DNA of 64,000 nt. It comes from Oligoflexia bacterium. Its GTDB lineage: Bacteria > Bdellovibrionota > UBA1018. The stretch is from positions 1 through 64,000 of the forward strand of contig CAVWVI010000001.1 of the NCBI GenBank assembly GCA_963758495.1, in the 5' to 3' direction. Both the position numbers and the translations under genes were made by a program. The notes under the pieces are model-generated. The model worked only from the letters and a program-made list of their open reading frames with translations, did not search any database and had not been told where the DNA came from. This document shows, piece after piece, positions 22,907 through 33,674 of this stretch. Positions within the stretch are counted from its first letter, which is position 1. Every line of letters begins with the position of its first letter.

Positions 22907-24526
22907 ATGCTAAAAATATTAAATATGTCTAGAGTGACGGGGGTGGTTATCTCGCGACGGCGACATGACTTGCTTATTTTAATCAGCCTTTTTTCTATTC
23001 TATTATCCAATTCCACAAGCTATGCATTTTTTGGCAATAACGATCAACTTCTGTTTTCAATAAAATTGAATCAAACCGAAAAATCCTTGAAGATCATTCA
23101 ATCAGAAAAACCTAAAAAGAAATCTTCCTTTAAACTATTTTCCAGACTTTCAAAGAAAAAGTCTCCGTTAGAAGCTACGGACCAAGATGGAAAGACACCT
23201 TTGATGCTTGCTATTGAAATGGATCAGAAAGAGATTGCGAAAGCCTTGATCATGAGAGACGTTGATCTGGATCACCGTGATAAAAATGGAGACGCTGCTC
23301 TCATGTATGCTCTTAAAAAGGGAGACATTCAGTTAGCTGGCGAAATGGTGGATCGGGGAGCGGATTTAAATTTTAAAAATAAATTAGGACTGGCTCCATT
23401 AGATTTGCTTTTACCCCAGCTCACTGTATCTCATCCTCGTTCAACAGAACTCCAAACTTTAACTGCCCAAACTTTAGCTGCCAAAAATTTAGTTGTCCGA
23501 AATTTAGTTGTCCAAAATTTAGTTGTAAAAATGCTGAAGAAAAGATCTCAGATTTCTTCGAAAATAGGGAAGGAGTGGCTTGAGAATTTCGCTCGTACTG
23601 GCAAGTTTCCTGAAGTAGTTCAAGCTTTAAAAGAAAAAGGAATCCAATACAACGGGAGTCAGAGTGTTGAGCGGTTGACCGCAGCGGACAAGGAAAATGG
23701 GGGCGAGAAAAATAAAACGAACCCATTAAAATTATTAACACTCAATTTATGGCAATTTCCCTATGGAATAGAATCAAAAAATAATAATAAGAGAGCCCAT
23801 TTACTGACAGATAAAATAAATTTAAAATCAGATCAATTCGATGTCCTTACTTTTCAAGAGTTATGGTCGAATAAAACTCGAAAAGGGATCTACGACCGTA
23901 TAAAAAACAAATATCCTTTTAAAGCGGAAGATCAATCGTTGGGAGCCTACGGTGTGGCTTTTCACTCTGGCTTAGCTATTTATAGCAAGTTTCCCATTCT
24001 GAGAAAAGTTCAGCATGTTTTTAAACATTACCGAGGCCACGAAAATTTTGCTAAAAAAGGAGTACTAGGAGTGGAATTGGATGTGAATGGAGAGTCCGTC
24101 TATGTTTTTACGACCCACCTTCAAGCAGGGAGTGGTGGACCTGTATTTGAGAAATACATAGATCGTGGAAAACCTTCTACAACTGAAATGAGTGCCTTGC
24201 AGTTAAAAGAAGCTAAGGAAGTGATTCAGAAATTTATCCGTAATAAAGACGCTCCTGTTCTGTTAGCGGGAGATTTTAATATTACTGCTGGCAACGAAGA
24301 GTATGACGATGCCTTGAAGGCACTCGAAAATGCGAGAGATACCTTTAATCCTTCAAAGTCAAAATATAAAGCCACCTCGTGGAATGATCCATGTGGCAAG
24401 AATAGAATTGATTACATCATGGCTTTAAGTGAAAAAGTGAAGGGGATCTCAGAAGTGGTCGATTATTTTGGCCCTGATGTCACGGATCATTTAGGAGCCA
24501 TGGGTTCTTTTGATATCTCGAGATAA
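22907..24526 (+). CDS. Exported ankyrin-repeat / EEP (sphingomyelinase C-like) fusion protein; start 22907 or 22925
   Basis: Signal-like hydrophobic stretch ending SYA; ankyrin motifs GKTPLMLA, GDAALMYA, GLAPLDL; EEP motifs TLNL, TFQELW, KKGVL, TTHLQAG, AGDFNI, RIDYI, TDH. Confidence 0.85.
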   Translation: MLKILNMSRVTGVVISRRRHDLLILISLFSILLSNSTSYAFFGNNDQLLFSIKLNQTEKSLKIIQSEKPKKKSSFKLFSRLSKKKSPLEATDQDGKTPLMLAIEMDQKEIAKALIMRDVDLDHRDKNGDAALMYALKKGDIQLAGEMVDRGADLNFKNKLGLAPLDLLLPQLTVSHPRSTELQTLTAQTLAAKNLVVRNLVVQNLVVKMLKKRSQISSKIGKEWLENFARTGKFPEVVQALKEKGIQYNGSQSVERLTAADKENGGEKNKTNPLKLLTLNLWQFPYGIESKNNNKRAHLLTDKINLKSDQFDVLTFQELWSNKTRKGIYDRIKNKYPFKAEDQSLGAYGVAFHSGLAIYSKFPILRKVQHVFKHYRGHENFAKKGVLGVELDVNGESVYVFTTHLQAGSGGPVFEKYIDRGKPSTTEMSALQLKEAKEVIQKFIRNKDAPVLLAGDFNITAGNEEYDDALKALENARDTFNPSKSKYKATSWNDPCGKNRIDYIMALSEKVKGISEVVDYFGPDVTDHLGAMGSFDISR

Positions 24527-24561
24527 CATCATAAATGATGACATTATCTCGAGATGATTCA

Positions 24562-24936
24562 TTAACTCGATTGAACGATTTTCGTTAGAATTTCTTGAGC
24601 AAAATCTTTATTCCATTTAAGAGTCCCTTGTTTAGCTGTAACGATCACATGAGTTAGATTGGAAGGGTTTTGCGTCAGTTGAATTTGAACATCCATATCA
24701 TTCTTTTTCCCTTGAATCGTTTGTTTAGAACCAGAGTTCTCGGTATTGACGGCTGTCGTCTGAATCCCCTCTTGTTTGAGCACATTCACAACTCGGCTAT
24801 TGACATCTGTCAGTGAGCCTTTGACGTCACTTTCTGTACCTTCAGCAGTTTGAATAATTGAGCCAACGTCTGCAAATGCAAAAGTTGAAGGAATACTCGC
24901 TACGCATAAGGCCAACAAAATAAATCCTTTATTCAT
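24562..24936 (-). CDS. Small exported hypothetical protein
   Basis: Signal peptide ending AFA, RBS GAGGG, 124 aa. Confidence 0.75.
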   Translation of the reverse strand: MNKGFILLALCVASIPSTFAFADVGSIIQTAEGTESDVKGSLTDVNSRVVNVLKQEGIQTTAVNTENSGSKQTIQGKKNDMDVQIQLTQNPSNLTHVIVTAKQGTLKWNKDFAQEILTKIVQSS

Positions 24937-24975
24937 GGATTCACCCTCTCTTTCATTGTTTTTTCTTTTATTGAA

Positions 24976-24992
24976 TGCAGAAAAGAAGCCAA
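24976..24992 (-). promoter_or_regulatory. Putative sigma54 promoter for the 24936 gene
   Basis: TTGGCTTCTTTTCTGCA = GG-N10-GC, about 40 nt upstream of the ATG. Confidence 0.5.
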
Positions 24993-25059
24993 TCAGAGCA
25001 GGGAGGTCAATGCAGCGATTTGTTTTATTTTAAGCCTGGGGAATAAAAAACTTTGTTCA

Positions 25060-25149
25060 AAATAAAAAATAACAAACAGATTGGCTAACCAAGGGGACAT
25101 TAAGGGGGTTAGGGGGGATATAAATGCTAGCCAATCTGTTTGTTACGGA
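25060..25149 (-). ncRNA. Candidate sigma54-dependent sRNA with a C-rich loop
   Basis: Perfect 18-bp stem 25070-25087/25128-25145, 40-nt loop with C6, C5 and C4 tracts, then a U-tract; sigma54 box directly upstream. Confidence 0.6.
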
Positions 25150-25159
25150 TAATCCCTAA

Positions 25160-25176
25160 AGCAAGTGTGATGCCAA
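25160..25176 (-). promoter_or_regulatory. sigma54 (-24/-12) promoter
   Basis: TTGGCATCACACTTGCT, near-consensus. Confidence 0.75.
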
Positions 25177-25550
25177 CGATTTGAAGATAAAATATTTAAT
25201 TATTTTAGCTAGATAGCGTAAAATGATCTTTGTAAAAATTACCTAGTGAATAAAAAATATTCTAGATTATAGGCAGTTCTGACTCTGAACAGGCCAATAA
25301 AAAACGAATTGAAGAAAAAAGTGCAAATTAAATCAGGGTGTTATTTTGACGTGGCTAATCTTTAGACGCATCATGTAAAAATTTCAACACCACGCATTGT
25401 AGAGAATTCAACCCCACGCATTGCTGGTCTTAGAGAAAACCGGCAGGAAATAGAGAAAAAGTGAGGGAAAAGGTTAGGGACCTGAGGAAGTCGCTAATTT
25501 TTTTAAATTTGCTTTTTTTGCTATAAAAACTTGTTATGATCCGCAAACCT

Positions 25551-27903
25551 ATGGAAATTCAAAAGCAAGTTACAACAGAGGTTGATCAGTCCCATTCAAA
25601 GTCAGTCCAAGCAGCTCAGGATAAATCCACTCAGGGAGCGGTCTTTAAATTAGAAGATCAAACTTCCCGTTGGGGGGGGGATTAAGCTGTGGACTCTCAC
25701 CTTTGATCTCCCGGGCGAGAAGGTGAACAAACTGAGTAAACGAGTTATGGATGAGTTTGATTCTATCCTTTCTCGTCTCGAGACATTGGGGGCTGAAAAT
25801 AAGGTTGAAAACAAGGCTGAAAATAGGATTGACGCTTTAGTTCTTTTATCTGGAAAAACTGGAAATTTCATCGCAGGAGCCGATATTGAGCTCATTCAGT
25901 CCACTCAGACGGCTCAAGAAGCTCAAGAGTTATCGCGCTCTGGGCAAAAGCTGATGTATAGGTGGGAAGATCTTCCCTTTCCAACGGTTGCAGGAATCCA
26001 CGGCGCCGCTTTAGGCGGAGGTTTTGAGTTTGCATTAGCATGCTCTGCCATCGTCATGTCGAATGATCCGGCTGCCCGAATTGGGTTGCCAGAAGTCCTG
26101 TTAGGATTGATTCCGGGGATGGGCGGTACCATTCGGTTACCCCGAAAAGCCGGCTTGGCTACTGCTTTAGATTTAATTCTTACCGGCAAGACCCTTCCTG
26201 GACAACGCGCTTACCAGCAAGGTTTGGTTGAGGCATGTTTACCTAAGGAGAATTTTGAGGAATCAGTTCTTCGCTGGACCCAGGTCAATTTTCGTGCACT
26301 CAAAGCAGGCAAGCGTCTTGCTAAAGAGCCCAAACTCGGTGGAGTGGGTGGACGGATGGGCGGTCTCTTAGAGCACTCTCCTATGAGAACGTACATTCTT
26401 AAGAAAGCTCGTGAAACTGTGCTCTCTCAGTCCAAGGGCCATTACCCGGCTCCTTTAGAAGCGCTGGATGTCATCCAGGCGACTCAAGGGGTTTATGGTA
26501 AAAAGTTGAAAGGCTCCGAGCGAGACCTTGCCATGATTCGAGAAGCTCAGGGATTTGGTAAATTAGCTGCTACAGAGATCTCAAAAAATCTGATCCGACT
26601 TTTCTTTTTAACCGAAGGAGTTAAAAAATCCAAAGGTCTCTCTTTAAGTAATTTAGGTAATTTAGGTAATTTAGGTACTTCAGCCACTTCAGTGAAGGAA
26701 CGTGAAATTGCTACGGCTGCAGTTTTGGGCGCCGGAGTGATGGGCGGAGGGATTGCCCAATTGTTTGCTGATAAAAATATTCATACTCGAATGAAAGACT
26801 TGAACTCCCAAGCTCTTTCGTTAGGGATTTTGTCGGCCTCGAAGGTATTTAAAAAGCAGCTTCAGAAAAAGAAAATCAATTCCAGACAATATCTCCAAAA
26901 AATGAATCTTATTTCTCCAATTGTAGATTATTCTGGATTTCATAAAGTAGATATTGTGGTTGAAGCTATTATTGAAAACATGGAGCTTAAAAGAAAAGTA
27001 TTTCAAGAATTAGAAACTCAGGTCAAACCTGAATGTGTGATAGTCTCCAATACTTCTTCTCTCTCTGTCACGAAAATGCAGGACGTATTTCAACATCCTG
27101 AACGATTTGCAGGGATGCATTTTTTTAATCCGGTCAGCAAAATGCCATTAGTGGAAGTGATTCGTGGAGAAAAGACTTCAGATGAGGCTGTGGCAACTGT
27201 TTTTCAATTTAGTAAAAAATTAGGAAAAACCCCCATTGTTGTTAAAGATTCTCCTGGATTCCTAGTGAATCGATTATTGGCGCCTTACTTAAACGAAGCT
27301 GTTTATCTGGTAGCCGAAGGGGTGTCTATTCCTGAGATCGATCGTGTTCTCCTCAACTTTGGAATGCCGATGGGACCGATGGAGCTGATTGATGAAGTCG
27401 GGGTGGATGTCGGTGAAAAAGTGGGCCATATCCTTCATGAGGCTTTTGGGGCAAGATTAGCTCCCGCGTCTTTGAATCACAAACTAGTGAATGCTGGAAG
27501 ATTAGGGAAGAAGAATGGAAAGGGTCTTTATGTTTATACTGGGCCCAAAAACACCCAGGAATTCGATCCTAAAATTTATGAAATTTTAGGCGTGACCCCT
27601 TCTAAAAGGGCTCCTGCAGATGAGGAAGTCCTTGAACGGTGTATTTTGCCTATGATTAACGAGGCTGCTCGCTGCTTAGAAGAAGGAATTGTTTCATCAG
27701 CATCTGAAGTTGATCTTGGAATGATTATGGGAACAGGGTTTCCTCCCTTTCGGGGTGGACTCTTGCGGTATGCAGATACTCTCGGCGCACGAACGATTGT
27801 AGATCGTCTCCGAAAATATGAAGCTAAATTGGGTGCTCGGTTTGAACCGGCACCTGCCATTTTAGCTCGGGCAGAGCATGATCAAAGATTCTACTGCTCT
27901 TAG
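25551..27903 (+). CDS. fadJ: Fatty acid oxidation complex alpha subunit (enoyl-CoA hydratase / 3-hydroxyacyl-CoA dehydrogenase); frameshift at or near G9 25672-25680
   Basis: FIAGADI, LGGGFE, LPEVLLG, VLGAGVMGGGIA, GMHFFNP. Conserved TFDLPGEKVNKL begins upstream of the ORF-track start 25723. Confidence 0.9.
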
Positions 27904-29179
27904 ACATTTATGGCAAAGTCCATGGACCGTGTGGGTTGGATTTCGTTATTTAAAGTCTAAAAAAAATTCACGTTTCTTAAGCTTTATTACTCTTTTATCC
28001 ATTGCCGGAGTGGGACTGGGTGTGACGGCCATGATCGTCGTGCTTTCGGTGATGGATGGGTTTGAGGCTGAATTGAAGAAGAGAATGGTCTCTTCAAATC
28101 TCCATATATTGGTGCAACCCACTCCTCAGACTCCTGGATTTGAAGGAGGGTTTGTTCCTGAGGATTCATTGAGTTCGGATCAAATCCTGAAATGGAAAAA
28201 TGATTCTGATCAACAGATTCTCAATTTTTGGCCCATAGTATCGACAGAAGCGATCCTTAAATCAGGGCGAAAAGTGACCGGTATTGTTTTTAAAGGTGTG
28301 ACTCAGGATAGGATCAAGCATCTGGAGAAGCAGGTGGTGGAATCCGCTGAGCCACAAATGTTGGAGAGTAAAGAAGGGAAAGATACTGTTCGAATTCCAG
28401 GAGTTTTTATAGGGCAAGAATTAGCCTATGAAATTGGATTAGCTCCCGGAGATCAGGTGACCTTGATTTCTCCCACGGAAACGGAAGGACCCGTCGAAGG
28501 TGTGCCTCGACTCAAGCGGTATGTCATCGAAGGAATCTATCACTCAGGACTCCCTGAACAAGAACTTCATACCGTGTTCGCTCAAGAATCATCTGTCTGG
28601 TCTTTTTTAAGGCGTTCTCATGTGCTTTCGCAGTGGGAAGTCACTGTAAAAGATTTTGATCGCGCTCCCGAAATTGCAGCGCATATTCAAGCGGCGATTC
28701 CTCAGCTCAAGGTGCAAGATTGGGTGCAGATGAATTCACATCTTTTTGCTTCTCTCCGATTAGAGAGATTTTCGATGTTTATCATACTTGCTTTTATTAT
28801 TGTTGTTGCATCATTTAATATCGTAACGACCTTGACTCTGATGGTGCTTGAGAAAAAGAAGGAAATTTCCATTCTAAAAGCCATGGGTGCAAGACATGGG
28901 CAAGTGGCAGCAGTTTTTCTTGCAGAAGGAATTCTCATTGGAACGCTGGGGGTCGGCGGGGGGGTTGGTTTAGGGTTTTTAATTTGCTCCATCCTTCGTC
29001 GATACGAATTTATCACTTTGCCTGATATCTACTATGATCGTACCCTGCCTGTTACTTTTGAGTGGAGCTATTATGTGATGGTCTCTTTGTGTTCATTGAT
29101 GATTGTGTTAGCCGCTTGCCTTTATCCCAGCAAAAGGGCAGCCAAACTCAATCCCATTGATGGAATTCGTTTCGGATAA
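27878..29179 (+). CDS. Lipoprotein-releasing ABC permease LolC/E
   Basis: VLSVMDGFE, VASFNIV, KKKEISILKAMGA, YPSKRAAKLNP. Confidence 0.93.
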   Translation: MIKDSTALRHLWQSPWTVWVGFRYLKSKKNSRFLSFITLLSIAGVGLGVTAMIVVLSVMDGFEAELKKRMVSSNLHILVQPTPQTPGFEGGFVPEDSLSSDQILKWKNDSDQQILNFWPIVSTEAILKSGRKVTGIVFKGVTQDRIKHLEKQVVESAEPQMLESKEGKDTVRIPGVFIGQELAYEIGLAPGDQVTLISPTETEGPVEGVPRLKRYVIEGIYHSGLPEQELHTVFAQESSVWSFLRRSHVLSQWEVTVKDFDRAPEIAAHIQAAIPQLKVQDWVQMNSHLFASLRLERFSMFIILAFIIVVASFNIVTTLTLMVLEKKKEISILKAMGARHGQVAAVFLAEGILIGTLGVGGGVGLGFLICSILRRYEFITLPDIYYDRTLPVTFEWSYYVMVSLCSLMIVLAACLYPSKRAAKLNPIDGIRFG

Positions 29180-29209
29180 AATGAGCAAGTTCAAAAAGGG
29201 CCGTTCTTA

Positions 29210-31114
29210 CTATCCCACTTTTTTAAAATCAGCATCGATGATTTCGTCTTCTCCCTTTTTTTCCTCCTTCTTGGGTTCGGCTTGTTCTTGTTTTGCTTGA
29301 GCGCCTGTTGTTTTATAAAGTTCTTCTGACATTTTATTAGCCGCAGTAGTGAGCTGGTTTGTCGAGTTTTTTAGAGTTTCTAATTCGTTGCTGTCTAAAT
29401 GACTTTTTGCTTCTATCAAGGCACTCTCTACGGACTGTTTGACGTCTGCACTGATTTTGGCATCCTGTTCTTTCAAAGTTTTCTCGACCGTGTAAATCAT
29501 GCTATCCAACGCATTTCGGGCATTGACTAACTCTCGACGTCTTTCATCATCAGCCCGATGAGCTTCTGCTTCCTTTTGCATCCGATTAATCTCGGCTTCA
29601 TTCAGTCCGCCGGATGCTGTGATCTGAATCGATTGCTGTTTGCCCGTGCCTAAATCTTTTGCAGACACGTGGACAATTCCATTTGCATCGATATCGAAAG
29701 TCACTTCAATTTGTGGAATTCCGCGGGGCGCAGGTGGAATACCGACTAAATCAAACCTTCCTAATGATTTATTGTACTCTGCAAATTCACGCTCACCTTG
29801 TAAAACATGAATCGTAACCGCAGGCTGTTGATCTGCAGCAGTGGAGAATACTTGGGATTTTTTAGTAGGAATGGTGGTGTTCTTTTCAATCAGTTTCGTG
29901 AAAACGCCGCCCAGGGTTTCAATTCCTAAAGAAAGAGGGGTGACGTCCAGGAGTAAGACATCTTTTACTTCTCCTTTTAATACGCCACCCTGTATGGCTG
30001 CACCTACTGCGACCACTTCGTCGGGATTGACCCCCTTATGAGGTTCTTTTCCGAAAAGGGTTTTTACTTTTTCCTGAACTTTAGGCATTCGAGTCATTCC
30101 GCCGACCAGGATGACCTCATCAATATCATTTTTTGAAATTCCAGCATCATGAATACAAACTTCACAAGGTTTCGTTACTTTATCAATTAAATCGGCAACA
30201 AGAGCCTCCATTTTTGAACGAGAAAGACGCAGACTTAAATGTTTGGGTCCTGTTGCATCGGCCGTGATAAAGGGTAAGTTAATTTCGGTCTCAGTGGTGC
30301 TTGAAAGCTCATGCTTTGCCTTTTCTGCAGCTTCTTTGAGTCGTTGCAGCGCCATTTTGTCTTTTCTTAGGTCAATTCCTCCATTTTCCTTTTTGAATTC
30401 ATCGGCAATCCAATTTAAAATCCGTTGATCAAAATTGCCTCCACCTAAAAAAGTATCCCCATTCGTTGCTTTGACTTCAAAAACTCCTGAACCTAATTCT
30501 AAGATCGAAATATCAAAAGTACCACCACCCAAGTCAAACACGGCTACGGTTTCGTCATTTTTCTTTTTATCGAGGCCATAAGCTAATGCCGCTGAAGTCG
30601 GCTCATTAATGATTCGCTTGACATCGAGTCCTGCAATTCGCCCGGCATCTTTGGTGGCTTGGCGTTGCGCATCATTGAAGTAAGCGGGAACCGTAATCAC
30701 CGCTTCGGTAATAGGTGTTCCAAAATAATCTTCGGCTGTTTTTTTCATTTTTTGTAGGATTAAGGCTGATATTTCTTGAGGAGAATATTCTCGATCCCCA
30801 ATTTTCACCCACGCATCCCCATTTTTTGCTTCTATTATTTTAAAGGGAGCAGTCTTTATAAACTCTTGGACTTCGGGTGAGCTGAACTTTCTTCCGATGA
30901 GGCGCTTGACTTCAAAAACAGTCTTTTCCGGGTTAGTAATGGCTTGGCGCTTTGCAGCTTGCCCGACAAGTTTTTCTCCTCTCTCTGTAAACGCTACAAT
31001 CGAGGGCGTCGTGTTAGATCCTTCAGCATTCGGAATCACTTTGGGTTCTCCGCCTTCGAGAGTTGCGACACAGGAATTAGTGGTTCCTAGGTCAATTCCG
31101 ATTACTTTTGACAT
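29210..31114 (-). CDS. dnaK: Chaperone DnaK (Hsp70)
   Basis: [33 protein letters not shown]. Confidence 0.99.
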   Translation of the reverse strand: MSKVIGIDLGTTNSCVATLEGGEPKVIPNAEGSNTTPSIVAFTERGEKLVGQAAKRQAITNPEKTVFEVKRLIGRKFSSPEVQEFIKTAPFKIIEAKNGDAWVKIGDREYSPQEISALILQKMKKTAEDYFGTPITEAVITVPAYFNDAQRQATKDAGRIAGLDVKRIINEPTSAALAYGLDKKKNDETVAVFDLGGGTFDISILELGSGVFEVKATNGDTFLGGGNFDQRILNWIADEFKKENGGIDLRKDKMALQRLKEAAEKAKHELSSTTETEINLPFITADATGPKHLSLRLSRSKMEALVADLIDKVTKPCEVCIHDAGISKNDIDEVILVGGMTRMPKVQEKVKTLFGKEPHKGVNPDEVVAVGAAIQGGVLKGEVKDVLLLDVTPLSLGIETLGGVFTKLIEKNTTIPTKKSQVFSTAADQQPAVTIHVLQGEREFAEYNKSLGRFDLVGIPPAPRGIPQIEVTFDIDANGIVHVSAKDLGTGKQQSIQITASGGLNEAEINRMQKEAEAHRADDERRRELVNARNALDSMIYTVEKTLKEQDAKISADVKQSVESALIEAKSHLDSNELETLKNSTNQLTTAANKMSEELYKTTGAQAKQEQAEPKKEEKKGEDEIIDADFKKVG

Positions 31115-31144
31115 AAAGCCTCCTCAGGTTTCTCCATTATTTTA

Positions 31145-31161
31145 AGCAAGGATGCTGCCAA
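31145..31161 (-). promoter_or_regulatory. sigma54 promoter of dnaK
   Basis: TTGGCAGCATCCTTGCT (GG-N10-GC) about 30 nt upstream of the ATG; RBS GAGGAGG. Confidence 0.7.
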
Positions 31162-31221
31162 GGCTTTTAGATGCGGGCAGACTTCAGGTATACTGATTCA
31201 GTCACATCGGAGATTAAGCCT

Positions 31222-31995
31222 ATGCTTCCAGTCATCAGAACTGATTTACCTCCCCTTGTAATTGGTCATCGAGGCGCTCAAGCCTATTCTTATGAGAATA
31301 CAATGGCCTCCTTTAATAAGGCACTCGATTGTGGTGTGGATCTCGTGGAGTGTGATGTTCATATGAGTAAGGATGGGCATCTTGTAGTGATTCACGATGA
31401 AGATGTGAATCGTACTACTGGCGGAGTCGGTCTTGTAGGGGAAATGACTTTTGCACAGCTCCAGAAATTAGATGCAGGTTCTGGAGAGAAAATTCCAAGT
31501 CTCCATGAACTGTTAACTTGGATTGCTTCAAAGTCTAAATTAGGAATTGCTATTGAGATTAAAAAAGGAAAAAAAAATTACCCTGAAATTGCGAAAAAAG
31601 TAGGTTTAGAGATTCAAAGTTTAAACCTTTTTGATCGTGCTATTGTGATTAGCTTTGACGCTGCGGTGATTCAAGAAATAAAAGCCCTTTTCCCGCACTT
31701 AGCGGTAGGACTTCTTTATTATTCTTCTATGCCCCCTTTGGGCTTTCCCTTGGGACTTCCTCTGAAGGAACTCTTTGAAACCGCCAAGCGTATAGGGGCG
31801 GAAGCGATTTTACCTCCCCATCAATGGATTCAAGAGGAGCTTGTGAGTGAAGCGCACCGAATGAATCTTGGCGTTTTTACCTGGACTGCCAATCGGCCAG
31901 AGGACATAGAGCGAGTTTTAAAATGTCATGTAGATGGTGTCGCGAGTGATTACCCTGACAGGGTGCGAACCGCCGTGTTGGGCCAGGAAATTTAA
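31222..31995 (+). CDS. Glycerophosphodiester phosphodiesterase
   Basis: IGHRGA, ENT, ECDV, HD, WTAN, SDYP. Confidence 0.93.
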   Translation: MLPVIRTDLPPLVIGHRGAQAYSYENTMASFNKALDCGVDLVECDVHMSKDGHLVVIHDEDVNRTTGGVGLVGEMTFAQLQKLDAGSGEKIPSLHELLTWIASKSKLGIAIEIKKGKKNYPEIAKKVGLEIQSLNLFDRAIVISFDAAVIQEIKALFPHLAVGLLYYSSMPPLGFPLGLPLKELFETAKRIGAEAILPPHQWIQEELVSEAHRMNLGVFTWTANRPEDIERVLKCHVDGVASDYPDRVRTAVLGQEI

Positions 31996-32009
31996 TTAGG
32001 AAATTGAAC

Positions 32010-33110
32010 TTAGGATGTTTCAAGGGATCGTTTCTTTCCTGCATATGAATCTTTTTCAGCCAATAAAACAGCCCAGGGCTGTAAATCCTTTGAGGCTTCA
32101 AGGATAATTCTTAATATACCTAAGAGCGGAATGCTGAGTACCACTCCCCAGATTCCCCAAAGCATCTCGCCGCCAAAAAGACCTATAAAAGTAGCCAATA
32201 GATTTAAATTCAGTTGACGTCCTAAGTACTTTGGCGTGACCCAATGGATCTCCGTAGTAGAAACCAGATAAAGAAGGAGAATCGTCAGACCTGTTTTTGC
32301 CATCGAGTGCCCCATGGCAATGGAAAGTGCGATAGGCGGTAGAATAGCTATCAGAAATCCCACAATTGGAATGAGCGTACTTAATCCTAAAAGGCATCCC
32401 AGTAGCACGCTATAATGAGAACCGAGCAGTTTTAAAATGATCGCATCGAGACATGCGACAAAGAGGGCAATTCCGATACGAGCGAGTAGAAATTTTTCGA
32501 TTAATTGAATAATTTCGTCGAGGGTACGGGTATTGGATAGAAGTTTTTCTGCGCTTTTTCTTAATTGAAATCGAGACGCAAGCATGACGATTGAGAAAAA
32601 TAAGATGACAAAAAGATGAGCTCCCGCTTCCGCTATGGCTTTCAGGCCATCTAGAAATAAAGAGAGGCCTTTACCCGCTTCTTCCCCTAGTCGTTCGCCT
32701 AAGTAAGAAATATCTAAGTATTCGGAAAGATGAAAATTTTGAATAAAAGAAGACGAGCCAAGTCTCAACCAGTGCTCTTTTAATGAAGCTAACAAATGAG
32801 GATAATCCCGGAGGAGGATGGCACCTTCATTAAAGAGGAGAATGATAATTCCAAAAACCGGAAGAAAAAGAAGAATTGAGCTCAGTGTAAGGGCAGCCCA
32901 TTCGGGTAGCTTCTTTTTTCGAAGCTGATTCACGACGGGCGCCATGAGGAAAGCTAAGAGGGAGGCTAGAAAGAGGGGGATGAGGAATGATTTTGCTTGA
33001 GTGACTCCCCATAGGATCACAACCCAAGCTGCCCATCGTAGTGTATTTCTGGGCAGAGTATTTTTGGGTAGACTATTTCTGGGTGGAGCATCCCGGGATG
33101 GAGTTTGCAT
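32010..33110 (-). CDS. AI-2E family transporter
   Basis: Multi-TM protein; LIPIVG, PKYLG, LWGIWGVVLSIP. Confidence 0.88.
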   Translation of the reverse strand: MQTPSRDAPPRNSLPKNTLPRNTLRWAAWVVILWGVTQAKSFLIPLFLASLLAFLMAPVVNQLRKKKLPEWAALTLSSILLFLPVFGIIILLFNEGAILLRDYPHLLASLKEHWLRLGSSSFIQNFHLSEYLDISYLGERLGEEAGKGLSLFLDGLKAIAEAGAHLFVILFFSIVMLASRFQLRKSAEKLLSNTRTLDEIIQLIEKFLLARIGIALFVACLDAIILKLLGSHYSVLLGCLLGLSTLIPIVGFLIAILPPIALSIAMGHSMAKTGLTILLLYLVSTTEIHWVTPKYLGRQLNLNLLATFIGLFGGEMLWGIWGVVLSIPLLGILRIILEASKDLQPWAVLLAEKDSYAGKKRSLETS

Positions 33111-33246
33111 AGATTGAGTCTAGCAGACTTACTCGTTAGGTCACTATAAACTTTCTTAAGAGGAAGGGATTGGTTTTTGCTTACTGCCAAGCAACTATTG
33201 AGACATGAAAAAAAAGAGCTTAAGTATTCCTTTAGGGCTGTTGACT

Positions 33247-33318
33247 AAGCATTACAAGGAGTCCTGTCGCGGCGGGAATCCAAATCTTTACGGTGCGACA
33301 GGACTCCTTGCAGTGCTT
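33247..33318. repeat. 72-bp inverted repeat element
   Basis: AAGCATTACAAGGAGTCCTGTCGC ... GCGACAGGACTCCTTGCAGTGCTT (24-bp arms, 2 mismatches). Confidence 0.7.
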
Positions 33319-33344
33319 GGTCTTTTCTATTTAAGGTCTTGAAG

Positions 33345-33674
33345 TTATTTTTTTTTAGCTTTGGTTTTAGCTTTGGCTTTCTTTTTTGGTGCTTTTGCTG
33401 GAGCGGTAAAGGGAGTGATGCTGTCCTCGACCATTTCCATTTCAACGGCTTTTTTATTCATACCGACTTTTTTAAGAAAGCCGAAGAAGGGAGTTTTTTC
33501 TCCAATTGTAAGATTTACAGCAACTTGATCGCTCTGTGCGACTTTGACGATTTCAGCAGCCATCTCTTGCACTTCGTTCATAGTGGAAAATTGAAAAATA
33601 TCTCCACCTTCAGGGCGGCCAGACTCGTCAGTAAATTCGTAGCGAAAGTAAATGGTACTCTTATTTTTTTTCAT
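33345..33674 (-). CDS. Hypothetical protein with Lys/Ala-rich tail
   Basis: AAGGAG RBS, 109 aa, KAPKKKAKAKTKAKKK tail. Confidence 0.75.
   Translation of the reverse strand: MKKNKSTIYFRYEFTDESGRPEGGDIFQFSTMNEVQEMAAEIVKVAQSDQVAVNLTIGEKTPFFGFLKKVGMNKKAVEMEMVEDSITPFTAPAKAPKKKAKAKTKAKKK

Noticed and set aside
24513..24555. Palindromic repeat ATCTCGAGATAA...TTATCTCGAGAT
   Set aside because: Lies between convergent stop codons; most simply a terminator hairpin.
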